Virus record (IMG/VR): IMGVR_UViG_2061766007_002127
DNA from: an uncultured virus (IMG/VR IMGVR_UViG_2061766007_002127)
Taxonomy: Duplodnaviria > Heunggongvirae > Uroviricota > Caudoviricetes
Length of the DNA: 20,000 nucleotides
Direction: 5' to 3' (one strand)
The notes beneath the pieces are model-generated. The model was not told where the DNA came from. It saw only the letters and a program-made list of their open reading frames with translations, and made no database searches. Numbering within the stretch: the stretch's first letter is position 1; every line of letters begins with the position of its first letter. The position numbers and the translations under genes were made by a program. Positions 8,942-17,539 of the stretch are shown piece after piece.

Positions 8942-9945
8942 TCATTGATTCATAAGCTTCCTGTGGTCGGCGTTCCTCAGGAATCCAGACTCCTGCAAGT
9001 CCCTCACGAGCGACTCGCTCCCGTTGTCGATGACGGCATCCTCGTTCTTCCTCAGGTCGTCCCTCGTCGTGATTCCAAGCCCGTTCAGCTCGAAGGCAGA
9101 CGACTTCTGCCTCAGACCGAATTCGTCGATGATGCCTGCTATGTCGGTGGGAACCTTCCTCATCGCGCCGATTCCTGCGACCCTCAACTGCCCAGCGAGG
9201 TCGTTCAGCCCCTCCGTCTCGGCTATCATCTCCACTGCCCCGAAAAGCCGTGGCATGTCGTCGCGAATCTGCGACACGACGTGGCGTATCCACTTCGGCG
9301 TAATTCCACCGACAATCGCGCACCAGTAGGCGAAGCCGTGCATCAGCTCGCCACCAGAGAACGAGTACCCGTTCGCGAACACGGAGCTCTTGTACTCGGA
9401 CAGCTCCCACGCCTCGACGCTCGAAAGCTGGATGTGCTCCGACGCGAATATGTACGACAGCGTGAACGGGTCGGTGGCGTTGCCGTTCGCCTCTGCCTCA
9501 AGGAGCCTGGACTTCATCTCGCACAGCCTCGACGGAGGGTAGTACATCCTGACGGATATGCGCCCGAAGTCGGTGATGTTGCACTCCTCGTCGATGCACC
9601 CCGTCTCCAGCAGGTACTTCGCCACGTCGTCCCAGCTCATCGCGCATCCCTGCACGGCAGCGAGCGACCTCGAATGCCATCTCTGGAACGACTCCTCGTC
9701 GTACACCCTGTCAATCCACGGCAGGACGTGGAACGCCACGTCCCCGACGGTCGTGAGCTCGGACTTCACGGGGGGCGTCTCCTCCTCAAGGCATCGCCTC
9801 GCGTACTCTNNNNNNNNNNNNNNNNNACAGCCCTGCCAGACCTCTCGTAGCTTCTGCCAGCCCGTCCGACAGCCTGCTTCACCTCGCCCATCTCGACGAG
9901 CTCGCGTGCCCTGCGCACGCCACAGACTATGACCTCGTCAATCAT
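8942..9945 (-). CDS. Ski2/Hel308-like helicase, C-terminal half (motif VI, winged helix, ratchet/HhH region)
   Basis: Manual translation from ATG 9945: MIDEVIVCGVRRARELVEMGEVKQAVGRAGRSYERSGRAV (motif VI QxxGRAGR); after gap 9810-9826 ...PVKSEL...ITDFGRISVRMYYPP, matching the Hel308 TxxGxxxSxxY pattern. Confidence 0.85.
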
Positions 9946-10115
9946 TCCCTAGACTCTTCCTCTTCGCCGTACACGTCCCGTATCTCGTCGGTGTTCTCGC
10001 GCCACTTCGCCTTCGGCTTCTGGCTCTGCCTCTCTGGGTTGCCACCACCGTCGTACCTTCTTCCGTCGCGCCTCTTCCTAGACCAGTCCGTCTTCTGCTT
10101 CCTGTGACCGTGCAT
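9942..10115 (-). CDS. Small charged protein (57 aa; basic N-terminus, acidic C-terminus), not in ORF track
   Basis: MHGHRKQKTDWSRKRRDGRRY...VYGEEEESRE*; purine-rich RBS; its TGA overlaps the ATG of the helicase C-half. Confidence 0.65.
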   Translation of the reverse strand: MHGHRKQKTDWSRKRRDGRRYDGGGNPERQSQKPKAKWRENTDEIRDVYGEEEESRE

Positions 10116-10479
10116 TCTCGTCCTCTTCCTTGAGCCTGTCGAGGTCTATGTCGTAGTGCTCGGCAAGCCATCGCTCTATTTCCTCGTTGTACGCCTTCCT
10201 CTGTGACTTCGGTATCGGCGTGCTCCTTCCGACGGCAGGTTGCATCGCCTTCTCCCTCGTCCTCCTTCGGTCGGCTTTCCTCTCGACCTTCCTCTCCTCG
10301 ACTGGGACGTCGAACTTCTCCCACTGCGACCTGTTCACAAGCGCGTTCGCCTTGTTCCCCCTGTCGGTGAGACCCTGAAGCATGTACGTGTAGTGCCCCC
10401 GAACATCCGTCCGTATCTTGGACATCACCTCGAATTCCACCTTGCCACCCTCGACAAGCACGTATGCAGTGAACCTCAT
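10078..10479 (-). CDS. Hypothetical protein (133 aa)
   Basis: MRFTAYVLVEGG...; ATGA overlap with upstream stop at 10476-10479; GAGGAG RBS. Confidence 0.75.
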   Translation of the reverse strand: MRFTAYVLVEGGKVEFEVMSKIRTDVRGHYTYMLQGLTDRGNKANALVNRSQWEKFDVPVEERKVERKADRRRTREKAMQPAVGRSTPIPKSQRKAYNEEIERWLAEHYDIDLDRLKEEDENARSQEAEDGLV

Positions 10480-10730
10480 GTCCTTCTCCTCCTGTTCCCA
10501 AGCCTTTCCCTGAACGACCTCATCACCGACATGATACCGTCGATTTCGCCGAGGCATGCCCTTCCAGACCTCCCCTCATGCTCGAGCTCGTCCCTGAGAA
10601 GGCTCAGTTGCATCATAGCCTCCCCACATCTGTACTTGACGCGGTCGGAATCCGACATGACCTTCGCCGTCGTGGTCATGTCGATTGTGTCGTAAGGAAG
10701 TGATGGCTTGATGCTCGGGTTCCTGCTCAT
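10476..10730 (-). CDS. Hypothetical protein (84 aa)
   Basis: Fills the space between the zinc-ribbon gene and the next gene, with ATGA coupling at its 3' end. Confidence 0.65.
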   Translation of the reverse strand: MSRNPSIKPSLPYDTIDMTTTAKVMSDSDRVKYRCGEAMMQLSLLRDELEHEGRSGRACLGEIDGIMSVMRSFRERLGNRRRRT

Positions 10731-10734
10731 AATA

Positions 10735-10938
10735 TCATAATGGCTTTATCGGCTTGTCGTCCGTCTTCGTCACAGTCCACGGCATCCTCCTGTGGCACAC
10801 GTCGCAGAAGACATACCCGTCCTGCACCTTCGCCCTCATCTCGTTCCCACAGAAAGGGCAGTATCTCCTTCTCCTGCGCCTGTCGCTCTTCCTCTTGACG
10901 CTCCCGTAGAATTCCTCGTCCTTGACCGAATCGCTCAT
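10735..10938 (-). CDS. Small zinc-ribbon protein (67 aa)
   Basis: MSDSVKDEEF...RRRRRRYCPFCG...FCDVCH: two CxxC pairs; ATG overlaps the helicase N-half stop. Confidence 0.8.
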   Translation of the reverse strand: MSDSVKDEEFYGSVKRKSDRRRRRRYCPFCGNEMRAKVQDGYVFCDVCHRRMPWTVTKTDDKPIKPL

Positions 10939-11849
10939 AGCGTAACACCCATGCCTAGGGACGACGTGCATACCAGCACATTCAATCCCGAGTACTCGTT
11001 CCTGAAGTCGGCTATCATGCGCTCCCTGACCCGTTGCTGGACACCAGCGTGGTAGAACGCGCACGACACATTGTACTCCCTGAGAAATTTGCAAAGATTT
11101 TCGCCTACCGTCTTCGAGTGGACGAACACGAGCATCTTCTGCTCCTCCGAGGCGATTCTCCTCGCCTCCTTCAGGATGAACCTGTCCTGCTCGTCGAAGT
11201 CCTCTGCAATCTCCACGGACTTCACCAGCTCGGTCGGTCGCCACGACGAATTCACGTACCTCGTCGTCTTCTGGTTGCAAGCCTTCAGCCACCTGGCTAT
11301 CTCAAGGTAGTTGGACATCGTGCCAGACAGGCACACGACCCTGCACTTCGGGTTCAGCATCGTGATGTTCATGATGAGGGACTCGCTCCCAGAGCCACGC
11401 GACTCGTCCATGAGGAGATGCGCCTCGTCGAACACGAGCACCGCCACGTCCCTTATCCACCTGTCCCTGGCCCTGCATCGCAGGTTCATCGACTCGACCG
11501 TGCTCACGATGAGCCTCGAATTCTCGAAGTCGCACTGCTTCGTCTCGCTCTCCGACGACACCAGCGCAATCGGGTACGACCCGAACGTGGGATGCCTCCT
11601 CCAGTCGCCGTGCTTCTCATTGCNNNNNNNNNNNNNNNNNNNNNCGTACACTGCCTTGCTCGTGTGGCTTCTCGCAAGCTCGTAGCCCATGACAGCCTCG
11701 GCTATGACCGTCTTGCCAGACGCAGTGCTCGCCGACACGACGAGGTTGCAGTCCTCCGTGAAGAACGGGACGCACTTGAGCTGGACTGGGTTCCACTCGT
11801 CGAACCCGAATTCGCAGTACGGGTAGTCGTATGGGGTCTTGAAGTTCAT
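10935..11849 (-). CDS. Ski2/Hel308-like DEAH helicase, N-terminal half (motifs Q to V)
   Basis: WNPVQ, ASTASGKT, DEAH, LSGT, WRP, FVHSK, YHAG, CTSSLGMGVTL*; stops at the end of motif V. Confidence 0.92.
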   Translation of the reverse strand: MNFKTPYDYPYCEFGFDEWNPVQLKCVPFFTEDCNLVVSASTASGKTVIAEAVMGYELARSHTSKAVYXXXXXXXXNEKHGDWRRHPTFGSYPIALVSSESETKQCDFENSRLIVSTVESMNLRCRARDRWIRDVAVLVFDEAHLLMDESRGSGSESLIMNITMLNPKCRVVCLSGTMSNYLEIARWLKACNQKTTRYVNSSWRPTELVKSVEIAEDFDEQDRFILKEARRIASEEQKMLVFVHSKTVGENLCKFLREYNVSCAFYHAGVQQRVRERMIADFRNEYSGLNVLVCTSSLGMGVTL

Positions 11850-12049
11850 TTAGCCCTGAAACGCTCCACGAGCTCGTCAATCTGGCTCGACTTGTACTTG
11901 TATATGCTTCTCACCTCGTCCCTCTGGTCGCTCTCTGTGGCACGCCTGCACTCCTCGCAGTGCCTGCACTTGCCCGTGCATTCCTCGAATTTCTGGTCGT
12001 AGTAGCCGAAGCATGAAAAAGGTATGAATATCGTCTTTGGCGCTGGCAT
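11846..12049 (-). CDS. Small Cys-rich protein (67 aa)
   Basis: CFGYYD...ECTGKCRHCEEC; GGGAGA RBS; probable metal binding. Confidence 0.7.
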   Translation of the reverse strand: MPAPKTIFIPFSCFGYYDQKFEECTGKCRHCEECRRATESDQRDEVRSIYKYKSSQIDELVERFRAK

Positions 12050-12134
12050 ATTTTTCTCCCTGTGCTTTTATCNNNNNNNNNNNNNNNNNNNNNNNNNNNN
12101 NNNNNNNNNNNNNNNNNNNNNNNNNNNNNNNNNN

Positions 12135-12896
12135 GGGCGTGAATTCGTCGAACCTCAGCCCGAACGCCTCGCAGTACTTCCTCTTGATGCCGTATATGAC
12201 CAGCGCGAACGTGGCGTCGTCGTAGCCAGACTTCGCCTTCAGCTCGCCATACGGCACCTTGAGCCTCCTGTCGTATGAGTCGAGTATGTCGTCCTGCATC
12301 GACAGGATGATGTCGAACACCATCGACTCTGCTGGGTCGAGCCTCGACCTGAAGTCCTCGTACTGCTCGGCGAACATCAGCCTCCTTATGCCGTCGTCCT
12401 CCATCCTCTCGTCGTCCGTGCTGTACGCCAGCGCGTCCATCTTGCCGTCTGGCTCCTCCTCGTCGGAGTCCGTGTTCTGGGATGCGATGTCGTCGTACCT
12501 GAAGAACCTCGAATTGTACTTGTTCACGTTCTGCCTGAGCGTGTTTATCACGGAGTTGGCGACGATGACTATCCACGTCGAGACCATCGTCCCCTTCCAC
12601 TCCTTCCACGTGTGCCTCGACTTCACAATCTTCTTCCAGATTTCCTGGTAGACATCCTCCCACTCCATCATGACGTTGTTCTTGTGCATCACCTTGTATA
12701 TCATCTTCTTGATGCTCTCGTGGAACTCGAATTCCTCCTCCTTCGTCATGTTCCCGTACTTGAACTTTATCATCAGCCTCCTGTTGGCGTCGTTCCTGCA
12801 CACGGGCTTGACGGGATGGCGCCCCTGTATGGTCTCAAGGTAGCGTATCTTCCCGTACCTCCTCCTGAATTCATCCATGTCAACTGCCATTGTCAT
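12135..12896 (-). CDS. Sigma70-family-like factor (stop presumed in N gap 12073-12134)
   Basis: Region 2-like EDVYQEIWKKIVKS...KGTMVSTWIVIVANSVI; region 4-like RLDPAESMVF...YGELKAKSGY; ATGA-coupled to primase. Confidence 0.72.
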
Positions 12897-14152
12897 CCCC
12901 TTGGTTTTCCAGCCTTTTCGGCTATCTCCATCCTCGCGTCGTAGTTCGCGTTCCCTGCTTGCGCAGCCTGCCTCATGAACCCCAGCAGCTCCTCCCTGCA
13001 GAACTTCTTCGGGTCCTTCCCGTCTGGGAAGTTCAGCACGTCAATGGACTCGATGTCGCCGAGGAGCGCCTCGACTGCCTTCCTCGTCGCGACGCACCCA
13101 GCCACGTCCATGTCGAAGCCGAGGTACAGCTCCCTCGGGTTCATCCTCTTGAGCATCACCCGTTGCTCTGGCTTCAGGACGGTGCCGTGTATGCTGACGC
13201 AGTTGATTCCCTCCTGCAACAGCTTCATGGCGTCCCTCTCGCCCTCTACGATGACGAGCTCATCCAGGTCGAACCCACCTTCGAGCACCTCGTACTGACC
13301 GTACATGTGGTTCCTCGACTGGAATCCTGGGCAGTACAGGGTCTTCCTGTACCCCTTCCTGACCGAATCCTCCGTGACCTTCGAGTCTATCCTNNNNNNN
13401 NNNTTTCCTGTACCCCTTCCTGACCGAATCCTCCGTGACCTTCGAGTCTATCCTGCGCATCTTGTCGTATGTCTTCCTCACCCACCATTCCTCGCCCATG
13501 TAGTTCACGGCGATGTACCCACAGACATCGTGGTTCCCGTCGACGAACGGTATCATCGCCCGACCCTCGAGGTAGCCCGATTCAATCGAGCAGACCCCGA
13601 GGAAGTCCACGGTGTCCTTCGTGATGCCGTCGCTGGCGAAGTACTCAAGGCACCTGTCGCTGACGTGACCGTTCGCCATGAGCCTCTTCATCATCGCGAT
13701 GCCCTTCTGGAGCTCCTCCTGCCTCTTGGCGTCAAGAGCCTCGTGGCTCTGCTCGATGGTCGGGTCGAGCACGAAGTCTGGCTTCGGGAGGNNNNNNNNN
13801 NNNNNNNNAGCTTCGCTATCGTCTCCCCGACGGTCGCCAGACGGTACATCCTCTTGGCGATGTACACGAAGTTCGACGCCTTTCCAGACGTGAAGCACAT
13901 GCAGTCGCCGTTCTCTGCGCTCATGAACCACTTCGGCAGGTGCTGGGCGTGACCGTCGTGCAGGAAGTGGTCTGGGCAGTACCCCTTCCACTGGTTCCCA
14001 TGCACGAGCATCGGATGCACGTTCCAGGACTCTAGGATTCCACGCACGTCGCACGACGACATGACCATCCTCTTGAGCTCGTCGGTGAGCTCGATGTCCT
14101 GCGATGCAGAGCTTTCGCACGCCCTGCGAAGATGGTTCTCGAACGACCCCAT
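12893..14152 (-). CDS. dnaG: DnaG-type DNA primase (spans two gaps)
   Basis: N-terminal CPDH...CMCF zinc-binding-like domain; GRAMIPF; TOPRIM motifs IVEGERD, SIHGT, FDMDVAG, KDP. Confidence 0.9.
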
Positions 14153-14212
14153 CAGACCTTCTCCCCTTTCGCCTTCTTCTCCTTGNNNNNNNNNNATTCT
14201 CGAACGACCCCA

Positions 14213-16403
14213 TCAGACCTTCTCCCCTTTCGCCTTCTTCTCCTTGAGTATCTCAAGGAACGACTTCTTGTGTGGTATGTCGGCAGAAGTCCTCATCGGC
14301 TTCTCCTCAACAGGAGAATATGGCATGCCATCGTCGAAAGGAGTCAGAGGCTCGCTGGAATCGATGCCAGTGGGCGTGGACGGAGGAGCGATTTCCTCCA
14401 CGGGTCGCTTCTCTGGCTCTGGCTCTGGTTCAGGCTCTGGTCGCTTCTCTGGCTCAGGTTCTGGCTCAGGCTCTGGTTGCTTCTCTGGCTCTGGCTCAGG
14501 TAGGGGGNNNNNNNNNNNNNNNNNNNNNNNNNNNNNNNNNNNNNNNNNNNNNNNNNNNNNNNNNNNNGTCGGAATAGGCTTCCTTGAATTCTTCCGATTC
14601 GGCTATCTTCTCGTATCTCTCGTTGTAGTCCTTGCTGTCTGGGGCGTCTGCAATGAAGTCGTTCTTAATGGCATTCTCCTCGGCTGGCTTCTNNNNNNNN
14701 NNNNNNNNNNNNNNNNNNNNNNNNNNNNNNNNNNNNNNNNNNNNNNNNNNCTCCTGCCCGACAGCCTGCTCCACCGTGGTCTCATCGGTTGCCTCTGACG
14801 ACGAGCTTTCGACGCCACCGAAGAATGCGTCGTCCTTGAGCGACTTGCCCTCCTTCTCCATGCTCGCCTTGAGCTCCTCCACCTGCCTCTTCAGGTCGTC
14901 AGCCTTCGCCTTGTTTATCTCGTCCACGGAAATCTCAGACACCATCTGACCTGGCGCCACCGTGTCGTCGCACATCTTCTGAGCCTGCGCAGCGATGCTC
15001 TGCAACGCAGCCTCGTCCTTCGAGTCGCCGTCCTCCTCGTAGAACACGCCCGTCGGGGCGTGCATCTTCTGCCTGAACACGAACACGGCTCCGTCTCGGT
15101 TCTTCGGGACGCACAGCACGAGATGGTGCATCTGGCGCTGGTCCTCTGGAAGCTCCTGAGCCTGCGCCGTCGCCGTCTGGTTCACGATTCCGATGAGCGT
15201 GTTGGCAGAATGCACCTTCCTCTTCGTCCCGAACACGTCGGACTGGTTGAGGAACGGCTTGTCCTTCCTCTCCTGCTTCTCCGACTGGATGCCAGCCTGC
15301 GTCGCCGTAATCAACGGCACGTTGCAGTTGATGGCGACCTGCTTCAGGTCGCTCGTCACCTTGCCGCCCTCGTCGTTCTCGCTGTACGCCTTCTCGCACG
15401 GCTTCATGAGGTCGAGGTAGTCCACAACAATCACGTCGATGTGGATGCCCTGCATCTCAAGTTGCCTGTACGCACGCTCAATCCACGTGGCGTCCGTCTG
15501 CTGGGGGAACTCGTAGATGAATATCGAGCCCTTCGCGTTCCTCTCGCCGTCCGAGTACTTCCTCAGCGACATGTACTGCTCGTCCGTGTACGTCCCCTTC
15601 TTGAACACCGAGTACAACGCGCCAGAGTCGGCAGACATGTACTTGGAGCGCATCTGGAACTCGTTCTCCTCGTTGCCACAGTGCAGGACGTTCCTCCCAG
15701 ACTTCCTGATGTTGCAAGCCATCGCCTTCATCAGCGTGGACTTGCCCTTTCCCGACAGACCGAACACGACCGTCAGCTCCGCTGGGAACAATCCACCCGT
15801 CTTCTCGTCGAACGTCTTGAAGCCAGTCGGTATCCCAGCGTATATCTCTGGATGCTCCTTCCTCCTGCGCACCTCCTCGAACCAGTCGTCGGAATCCTTG
15901 TGCAGGTTGTATATCCTGTTCTCCTTCTCCACCCCACCGAGGTCTATCGACTTCCTCTTCAGGATGTTCGCAGCCTCGACGTACTCGCCAGTCTCCAGCT
16001 TGGTGTACGCCTCCCTGATGACTGCCTCGGTCGAGTTGGCGAGCTGGACTTCCTCGAGGTTCTGGAGTATCGCGTCGATGTCCTCCGTGACCGATGTCTT
16101 CCTCACGAGCTGGAACTCTGCCGTGAAGTCGTCTATCCTCGTCTTGTCCTTGACGGAGTCGAACCTCTTCTGAATCTCGAAGCCGAACTGCTCGTCGGAC
16201 AGCGTCGACCTCTTCTCGTTGAACGTCGTCGATATGCAGTCGTAGATGAACAGCCTGCTCTGGTTGGTGAAGAACTCGGAACGGTGCTTCCCCACAGTCC
16301 TCTGGAGATTGAGCTTGTCGGACAGGAGCGCATGGAGCAACTGGCGCTCAAGATTGACCGTCGACACCCTCGTCGTGACATTGCTGGCGAATTTTATAGG
16401 CAT
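14213..16403 (-). CDS. dnaB: DnaB-like replicative helicase with long acidic/Pro-Glu C-terminal tail
   Basis: GIPTGF...GGL, Walker A GLSGKGKS, IVVDYLD, ATQ, KNRDG. Tail is joined across gaps to ...KKAKGEKV*; that stop overlaps the primase ATG (TGATG). Confidence 0.9.
14403..14500. repeat. 36-nt tandem coding repeat (~2.7 copies) built from 6-nt units, encoding PEPEPEPEPEKR
   Basis: Units start at 14403, 14439 and 14475. Confidence 0.9.
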
Positions 16404-16444
16404 TGGAAAACCCCCTTTGTAGACTTTGAAACGGATTACAAACG

Positions 16445-16455
16445 AATATGGCTTG
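16445..16455 (-). promoter_or_regulatory. Conserved upstream motif CAAGCCATATT (class B)
   Basis: Exact 11-mer 41 nt upstream of the dnaB ATG. Confidence 0.6.
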
Positions 16456-16498
16456 CATTGGGGAAAAGGGGGTGGAACGAAACGCTTATGTGGGAGAC

Positions 16499-16840
16499 AT
16501 GAACAATCCGATTAACATGGAGCAATGCGAAAAGGACAAGGAAGACATCTATAACTTGTTCAAGTTCCTTGAAAGCGTTGTGAACCAAGGATATGTCATT
16601 GTCACGGATTGCAACAGGTTTTCCATCATGTTCCTGACGGCATTCTATAACATGCATAAGGGCGAGTATGACATGTCGTATAGAAGAGAGCATGATTTCG
16701 GTTCACTTGCAAGGATGCATGGCTCGAACAACCTGTCAAAGAGCATGAAAGTGTGGAAAAAGGGAGTGCAACCACCTTCTAATTGTGACATGGACCACGT
16801 GTATGACAGAAACACCCCCACGCATGTGGGGACAATATAG
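16499..16840 (+). CDS. Hypothetical protein (113 aa), possibly truncated by the CRISPR array
   Basis: GGGAGA RBS and ATG 16499; the frame reads through the terminal repeat (16809-16836) and stops in the adjacent spacer. Confidence 0.55.
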   Translation: MNNPINMEQCEKDKEDIYNLFKFLESVVNQGYVIVTDCNRFSIMFLTAFYNMHKGEYDMSYRREHDFGSLARMHGSNNLSKSMKVWKKGVQPPSNCDMDHVYDRNTPTHVGTI

Positions 16841-17539
16841 ATTTAACCTGCGCCCATAGTTGCGCGATGGAAACACCCCCACGCATGTGGGGACAATGTG
16901 GTCTTTTCTGCCATATACTTCGATGAGTAGGAAACACCCCCACGTGCGTGGGGAGAATAGGGAATTGCATTCACGATAAGCATCCTCGAAGGAAACACCC
17001 CCACGTGTGTGGGGAGAATATATCGTCAATCAACACCATATCTGGGCGGGCAGAAACACCCCCACATACGTGTGGAGAATTAGTCCACGACCTGCCTCTC
17101 CAACAACTTCTGGGAAACACCCCACATACGTGGGGAGAATTTTTTTGATGGAAAAATTAAAATTTTAATGGAAACACCTCCACATATGTGGGGAGAATAT
17201 CTCCTCGTTGATGTCGTAGACGTGGTCGGGGGAAACACCCCCACTTGCGTGGGGACAATGAGGCGAGAGCGATTTTTGACGATTATGATATAGAAACACC
17301 CCCACGTGCGTGGGGACANNNNNNNNNNNNNNNNNNNNNNNNNNNNNNNNNNNNNNNNNNNNNNNNNNNNNNNNNNNNNNNNNNNNNNNNNNNNNNNNNN
17401 NNNNNNNNNNNNNNNNNNNNNNTGCACTTACACAGACTTATACAAGGATAAAACTAGAAACACCCCCACATGCGTGGGGAGAATGTAGTCTGCAATGATG
17501 CCAGCATTTTTAAGATAGAAACACCCCCACATGCGTGGG
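16809..17539 (-). CRISPR. Type I-E CRISPR array, 11 visible repeats, probably more in N gaps
   Basis: Plus-strand repeat GAAACACCCCCAC-NNNN-GTGGGGASAAT (28 nt) starts at 16809, 16870, 16931, 16992, 17053, 17114, 17171, 17232, 17293, 17457, 17518; mostly 61-nt period, unique spacers, palindromic stem. Confidence 0.98.

Noticed and set aside
9946..10934. Intein or group I/II intron explaining the helicase split
   Set aside because: No intein terminal motifs, no homing endonuclease or RT ORF recognised, and the interval is fully occupied by coupled ORFs; not excluded without a covariance-model search.
13344..13453. ~50-nt direct duplication in the primase gene
   Set aside because: Copies sit on either side of a 10-N gap; typical unmerged contig overlap.
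14137..14245. Duplicated dnaB-end/primase-start junction
   Set aside because: Also flanks a short N gap; scaffolding artefact rather than a biological repeat.
34..16502. Long plus-strand ORFs such as 1981..3168, 11034..12002 and 15060..16502
   Set aside because: Antisense shadows of GC3-rich minus-strand genes with no recognisable motifs.
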